This document shows positions 16,343-20,000 of a stretch of 20,000 nucleotides of DNA, piece after piece. Where the stretch lies: assembly GCA_020051075.1 (NCBI GenBank), contig JAGVJP010000062.1, forward strand, positions 55,021 through 75,020. The letters are read 5' to 3'. The position numbers and the translations under genes were made by a program. Source of the stretch: Parachlamydiales bacterium (GTDB lineage Bacteria; Chlamydiota; Chlamydiia; Chlamydiales; Parachlamydiaceae). The notes under the pieces are model-generated. The model searched no databases. It saw only the letters and a program-made list of their open reading frames with translations, and was not told the DNA's origin. How positions within the stretch are numbered: position 1 is the stretch's first letter; every line of letters starts with the position of its first letter.

Positions 16343-16371
16343 ACTATAACGGAAACAAACTCGCTTGTCAA
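16343..16371 (-). promoter_or_regulatory. Near-consensus sigma66/70 promoter of the four-gene operon
   Basis: Minus strand reads TTGACA(16371-16366)-17 bp-TATAGT(16348-16343), 32 bp upstream of ATG 16310. Confidence 0.8.
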
Positions 16372-16380
16372 TCTAACTTC

Positions 16381-16439
16381 AACAGGATAAGCAAAAGGGG
16401 CCTGTCTATCCTGCCGCTTGCGATCCTGCTCATCCTGTT
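16381..16439. repeat. CAGGAT/ATCCTG hairpin related to the family B internal unit; possible terminator of the 16471-17202 gene
   Basis: AACAGGATAAGCA...TGCTCATCCTGTT pair at 12/13, with extra ATCCTG units. Confidence 0.6.
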
Positions 16440-16470
16440 CTCCATGATTTGCGAGTGTGGGCATTGTTTA

Positions 16471-17202
16471 TCATTCTGGAATCTGTTCAGCATTGACAGC
16501 AATTCTAGCGATGTAGAAATGTGTTGGTCCCTCAAATCCCGAATCGGTGCCGACAAAGAGCCAGAGGCGCCCTTCTGGATCAGTTCTGACTTTTAATGGG
16601 GATGGGTTCAGATAGCCGATCGGTTCATATTGGGGATCCTCGCCGTTGACAAGAGCATTCGATAAGGTTCCGACAACTTGACTGTTTGCCCCTTCCATTG
16701 CCTGGTCGCCTTTATCGATATTCATGAGATAATAGCCGTTGACGTCTACTTTGTCTGGTTCTTCGGCTGAAGCCCCAACTTTAACGTAGACGCTTTCACC
16801 TGGAGATCCTCCGATGCCATATTGACCAGGAAAAATATTGTTTTCAAAGATAAGAGTGAATGTCAAAGCATACAATGTATCAGGTTCTAATCCTTCAATT
16901 TCCCGTTTTACGTACATAAAAAGATCGTCGCTATGATTATTTCCTGTTAAATGCAGCCCATGACTCAAGGCAGAATTGGACGATGGGATGGGTTTAGGAA
17001 GAGTTGATAGGCTGAAATCCAGCTCAAAAAATTCTTCGTCTCCGACAGGGTAATCAGCAAAGTCACCGACCCACCCCGATTCATCGGTATTGAAGGTAAA
17101 GTCAAAGTTCAGTGTTCGATCTTCTGTGCTTGCTGAACTGAATCCCATCGTAGAGCTCAGCAATAGAACAAGGACAAAAAATGTAAAATAAATTGAGTTC
17201 AT
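16471..17202 (-). CDS. Secreted/periplasmic hypothetical protein, acidic and probably beta-rich
   Basis: 243-aa ORF with a hydrophobic signal peptide and conserved-looking GW.GDFADYP, GNNHSDDLFMY, GIGGSPGESVYVK and W.FVGTDSGFEG motifs. Function not recognised. Confidence 0.75.
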   Translation of the reverse strand: MNSIYFTFFVLVLLLSSTMGFSSASTEDRTLNFDFTFNTDESGWVGDFADYPVGDEEFFELDFSLSTLPKPIPSSNSALSHGLHLTGNNHSDDLFMYVKREIEGLEPDTLYALTFTLIFENNIFPGQYGIGGSPGESVYVKVGASAEEPDKVDVNGYYLMNIDKGDQAMEGANSQVVGTLSNALVNGEDPQYEPIGYLNPSPLKVRTDPEGRLWLFVGTDSGFEGPTHFYIARIAVNAEQIPE

Positions 17203-17269
17203 CGTTATTTGTTTGTTTCTTACTATATTATTATAAATATATTAAATTGTAAATATTGTTTCGTTCCTA

Positions 17270-17321
17270 ATGGACAATATGGACAAAACTCTCATCGCAA
17301 GCGATAAGGTAGCGCTGTCCA
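17270..17321. repeat. Degenerate family A element
   Basis: ATGGAC at 17270 and 17279, and TGTCCA at 17316-17321, between divergent genes. Confidence 0.5.
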
Positions 17322-17410
17322 CCAAAAGATGATATCAGAGTTTTGAAAAAATATTATTTTTCGTTGGTTTTTTGCACCAAATATTCTATCATAAGAATAA
17401 AGGATTCGAA

Positions 17411-17590
17411 ATGCCGTGTAAGCCATTGTCGACTAAACAATACGAGAAATTTATTAAAATAGCTAAGTGGAGTTTGAAAAAGGGGAAAATAGAACAGATT
17501 CGCTTTCCTCAAGACATTGCCGTTTGGTTAAAGCAGCCCGGTATTATTCATAATCTACGGCATCTTATACAATCGTACAAACATCTCTGA
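17411..17590 (+). CDS. Small basic hypothetical protein (59 aa), possibly a HicA-like remnant
   Basis: ATG 17411 follows AAGGA. The N-terminus MPCKPLSTKQYEKFIKIAKWSLKKG loosely recalls HicA starts, but no G-S-H motif is present. Confidence 0.35.
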   Translation: MPCKPLSTKQYEKFIKIAKWSLKKGKIEQIRFPQDIAVWLKQPGIIHNLRHLIQSYKHL

Positions 17591-17639
17591 TCTTATCAGA
17601 GTATAATAAGCCATCCAACAATTTCAGATCATTAAAGGC

Positions 17640-18068
17640 ATGTCAAATCAAGATGTAAAATCTTCTCCTCTCCCTTGGTACAAAGAGGGACTGAGATTCA
17701 AATGTACCGAATGTGGCAAATGCTGTACAGGTGCGCCTGGGTATGTGTGGGTCACAGAAGAGGAGATGTCCGCAATTGCTGAACTGCTCAATATTTCTCT
17801 CCAAGTCTTCAAAAGAAAATATGTGCGTCAACGGGACAATCGCTATGCTCTTGTTGAAAAAAAGTCGCAGAACAACGACTGCGTTTTTCTTAAAGATAAC
17901 AAATGCTCGGTCTATCAAGCCCGTCCCACTCAGTGCCGGACTTTCCCCTGGTGGAAAGAAAACCTTAACTCCAAAGAGAGTTGGGATCTTGCTGCTCAAT
18001 CCTGTGAAGGAATCAATGAACAAGCCCCTCTAGTTCCTTATGATCAGATTGAGAAAGGGTTGAAATAA
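17640..18068 (+). CDS. YkgJ-family cysteine-cluster (CxxCxxCC, Zn/Fe-chelating) protein
   Basis: F.CTECGKCC, CVFL, CSVYQARPTQCRTFPWW and CEGI. Confidence 0.92.
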   Translation: MSNQDVKSSPLPWYKEGLRFKCTECGKCCTGAPGYVWVTEEEMSAIAELLNISLQVFKRKYVRQRDNRYALVEKKSQNNDCVFLKDNKCSVYQARPTQCRTFPWWKENLNSKESWDLAAQSCEGINEQAPLVPYDQIEKGLK

Positions 18069-18090
18069 AATGCTCATTGCAGAAGTTTAA

Positions 18091-18224
18091 ATGGACAATG
18101 GACTATATGGACAGAAATTAGATTGACTAACCACAAAACATGTCCATAAAGTCCATAAAGTCCATAAAGTCCATAAAGTCCATAAAGTCCATAAAGTCCA
18201 TAAAGTCCATAAAGTCCATTGTCC
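18091..18224. repeat. Family A element with expanded (GTCCATAAA)8 tandem array
   Basis: Three ATGGAC units (18091-18112), then eight perfect GTCCATAAA units (18142-18213) and GTCCATTGTCC. Confidence 0.93.
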
Positions 18225-18347
18225 CTTTCTTCTCTTTGCTCCCTTTTTCCCTTTTGATCTTTTTCTCTTCTAATATTTAACGATAATACATATTTAATTA
18301 ATATTAGTTTATTATAATAATTTTTATGAATAAACGAGGTTTTATGT

Positions 18348-19055
18348 ATGATTCATGGTTACAGTAAAATAGAAGTTCCTGAAACAGAACAACCGAGCCA
18401 ACAGATCGAAGCAACACATCAGCATTATGATTGGAAAGAGAGGATAGGAAGAAGAATATCCACCATCATGAGTTGTATTTTTGGACCAAAAAATCCGACT
18501 GTTGAAAGCCAGTATATTGCGGAAGAAATGCATGAACTGACAGATCAATTACCCCGAGGGATCTATGGTGCTTTTTCTAATAGGCTGAGCTATGTCAATC
18601 CAGAGGAGTTTTATGTGGGAAACTATTTAAGAGAGAGATTGGATATCGATGAAGGCGAAAAGCTGAGAGTCTTTACCGAAATCCTTCAAGGCGCCTATGT
18701 GATGATCGACGATGATGGCGAAACTTATGAAAACTGGAAGATCACACTGAGAGAAAAGTTTGAACGTCAATCTTCTCATGAATCATCCGGGTTTGATCAA
18801 TTTGCCATTCGAGGATTTGTCGTGAGTGAATTTCTCTTTTCAACAAAAATCGTGGTAGATCCCGATACCGGTCTCAGTAAAAGGTACACGTGGTTTCAAT
18901 TAGAAAGGCATCCGATGAAATTTGGCTATGCGATCCGACACCTTTGGGGATGGGTAATGTATAAGATTACCCATAAAAATCAAGGTCCATATGGTTCATC
19001 AATCCATCGAGAAGATAATAACCAGCTTCAATTTAATCTAAAAACCTCGCGGTAG
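18348..19055 (+). CDS. Hypothetical protein (235 aa)
   Basis: GAGG RBS, AT-rich upstream region and an uninterrupted ORF. Motif-like segments RQSSH, TWFQLE.H and N.GPYGSS. Confidence 0.7.
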   Translation: MIHGYSKIEVPETEQPSQQIEATHQHYDWKERIGRRISTIMSCIFGPKNPTVESQYIAEEMHELTDQLPRGIYGAFSNRLSYVNPEEFYVGNYLRERLDIDEGEKLRVFTEILQGAYVMIDDDGETYENWKITLREKFERQSSHESSGFDQFAIRGFVVSEFLFSTKIVVDPDTGLSKRYTWFQLERHPMKFGYAIRHLWGWVMYKITHKNQGPYGSSIHREDNNQLQFNLKTSR

Positions 19056-19061
19056 ATAAAA

Positions 19062-19865
19062 TCAGAAGACTGGTGGAACAGGTTCTGGAAATTTATCCTT
19101 AAGGGCATGCCATTCATAGAGCTCTTCGGATTCCCCATTTGCTGATTCATATCTGATCGTCGCACCGGACTGTTCTTCTTTTTTAAAGAGTAAGCTGCCA
19201 TAAAATCCGAACACAGCTTCTTTGATCTTTTTAGCCATAAAACAACACATGGCAAATGGTGTGTCATGCGCCTCATAATAGCGATTTCTTTCACTCATTT
19301 CCGCGCGAAACACGACCAGAGGACGACTGCAAAAAGTGGCAATATAGTTTGCGAGCAAACGACCGACTCTGCCGTTTCCATCTGAAAAGGGGTGAATCCA
19401 TTCAAATTGGTGGAATGTTTTTCCTAAAAATTCACAGTAGGCGACATCGTCTTTCAACTTTTCTTTATCTGCCAGTACAGCATTAATGTCTTCAACTAGG
19501 AGAGCAATCCGATTAGGGACTGTTTCATATGATGGGGGAATATGCTTTCCTATCCGAACATTTTTTTGATTATTGGGACCTCTGATATGACCGATCTCTT
19601 GTTCTTCTAACTTGATGCCGTCAAGTTCTTGTTCTCTAGTAATGAGTTTTTGCCAAAGGCATAAATCTTTTACTCTTAAAGGTTTGCGTTCGCATGCCTG
19701 ATTTTGGGAAAGAATAAAGGCGCCAAAATGACCAATATCTTCGTTTTGAAAGCTCTCTGCTCTGTAATCAATTCCCTTGATCCCTTCGATAAGGTTACTT
19801 TCGTTTAAAAATTCGATACAGCGTTCAAATCCATTGCGTTTAATCACTGATTCACAAGAAGGCAT
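19062..19865 (-). CDS. Fic-domain AMPylase, class II (N-terminal inhibitory helix)
   Basis: Canonical HPFSDGNGRVGR and an N-terminal SNLIEG matching (S/T)xxxE(G/N). AGGAG RBS. Confidence 0.92.
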   Translation of the reverse strand: MPSCESVIKRNGFERCIEFLNESNLIEGIKGIDYRAESFQNEDIGHFGAFILSQNQACERKPLRVKDLCLWQKLITREQELDGIKLEEQEIGHIRGPNNQKNVRIGKHIPPSYETVPNRIALLVEDINAVLADKEKLKDDVAYCEFLGKTFHQFEWIHPFSDGNGRVGRLLANYIATFCSRPLVVFRAEMSERNRYYEAHDTPFAMCCFMAKKIKEAVFGFYGSLLFKKEEQSGATIRYESANGESEELYEWHALKDKFPEPVPPVF

Positions 19866-20000
19866 AAACTGCTCCTATTTAAATATTAAGTTGTTTAAAT
19901 TAACTATAAATTAACTTCAACTTAAAATTCAATGAATAAATGAATTATTTTTAATTTTCGTATCCGTTCACGGGGTAGGGAGCCTAGCCATGTTTGGCCG

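Noticed and set aside
18142..18220. CRISPR array
   Set aside because: Contiguous 9-bp units with no unique spacers, and no cas genes in the window.
18348..19865. Fic toxin-antitoxin pair
   Set aside because: The genes are convergent, not co-transcribed, and the Fic protein carries its own inhibitory motif.
19971..20000. GC-rich GTAGGG-starting segment (REP-like element, RNA gene or end of a minus-strand gene)
   Set aside because: Cut by the window edge, leaving too little sequence to classify.

Overview
This window looks like chromosome of an environmental (amoeba/protist-associated) Chlamydiae member; the taxon is inferred from gene content. It holds the 3' part of metG, then a candidate effector cluster: a coiled-coil + alpha/beta-hydrolase, two tandem membrane-anchored eukaryote-type PP2C phosphatases, an orphan acpP and three paralogous Inc-like membrane proteins, one apparently cut by a CGA>TGA change. 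On the minus strand is a tightly coupled four-gene operon behind a near-consensus sigma66/70 promoter: NTT/MFS-HEAT protein, stand-alone cNMP-binding protein, HAMP sensor with an apparently dead SpoIIE/RsbU-like domain, and a PutP-like Na+/solute symporter. This operon is the best candidate for an undescribed sensing/transport system. The right end carries a secreted hypothetical, a YkgJ-type Cys-cluster protein, a hypothetical and a class II Fic protein. Most intergenic spaces contain palindromic elements from several modular families, including a complete 291-bp MITE with 32-bp terminal inverted repeats (TIRs) and an 8-bp target-site duplication (TSD).
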